64,000 nucleotides of DNA from contig CAVQNT010000002.1 of assembly GCA_963714275.1 (NCBI GenBank), positions 320,001 through 384,000 on the forward strand, written 5' to 3'. The notes under the pieces were generated by a model. It had not been told where the DNA came from and made no database searches. It worked only from the letters and a program-made list of their open reading frames with translations. The DNA comes from Candidatus Bathyarchaeota archaeon. GTDB taxonomy: Archaea; Thermoproteota; Bathyarchaeia; Bathyarchaeales; DTEX01. The translations under genes and the position numbers were made by a program. This document shows, in pieces, positions 63,860 through 64,000 of the stretch. How positions within the stretch are numbered: the first letter of the stretch is position 1; each line of letters begins with the position of its first letter.

Positions 63860-64000
63860 GTTCTACTTCCCCTAATTTCGAATTGTATTACTACAACTAT
63901 GTAAGCCTATTCATGAAGTCCTCATATAAGCTCAGGTAGCTACCAAAAACACAGTGTGAATCATTGTTGTCTTTGTCCGCATTCAAGGCAAAAACGTACA

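Overview
AT-rich archaeal DNA, most likely Bathyarchaeia (inferred from the gene families; no marker gene in the window). It begins in housekeeping territory (argG, ACT protein, ABC/ECF transporters) and becomes a patchwork of unrelated accessory genes and gene scraps. Main signal: dozens of intergenic copies of a short palindrome family (consensus about TAGCT-N-AGCTA, often as TAGCTAGCTA clusters) lie at gene ends and at the exact breakpoints of truncated genes. These include three clear and three tentative, non-identical 3' remnants of a solo (casposase-like) cas1 gene, each cut on its 5' side at the motif. A second dispersed non-coding repeat (ATTAAAWTTTAAT core with strand-skewed flanks) and a two-copy bulged hairpin also occur. 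About 14 frameshifts fall in or next to AGCT, which points to AGCT methylation causing long-read errors, so most split genes are probably intact. Notable gene modules: an HdrA-N-like/ferredoxin/3xDGC/GcvH-like operon divergent from arsR-acr3, a tandem-AAA+Lon-protease fusion operon, and two secreted proteins sharing an N-terminal motif. No CRISPR array, rRNA or intact tRNA was seen. All assignments were made by eye, without database searches.
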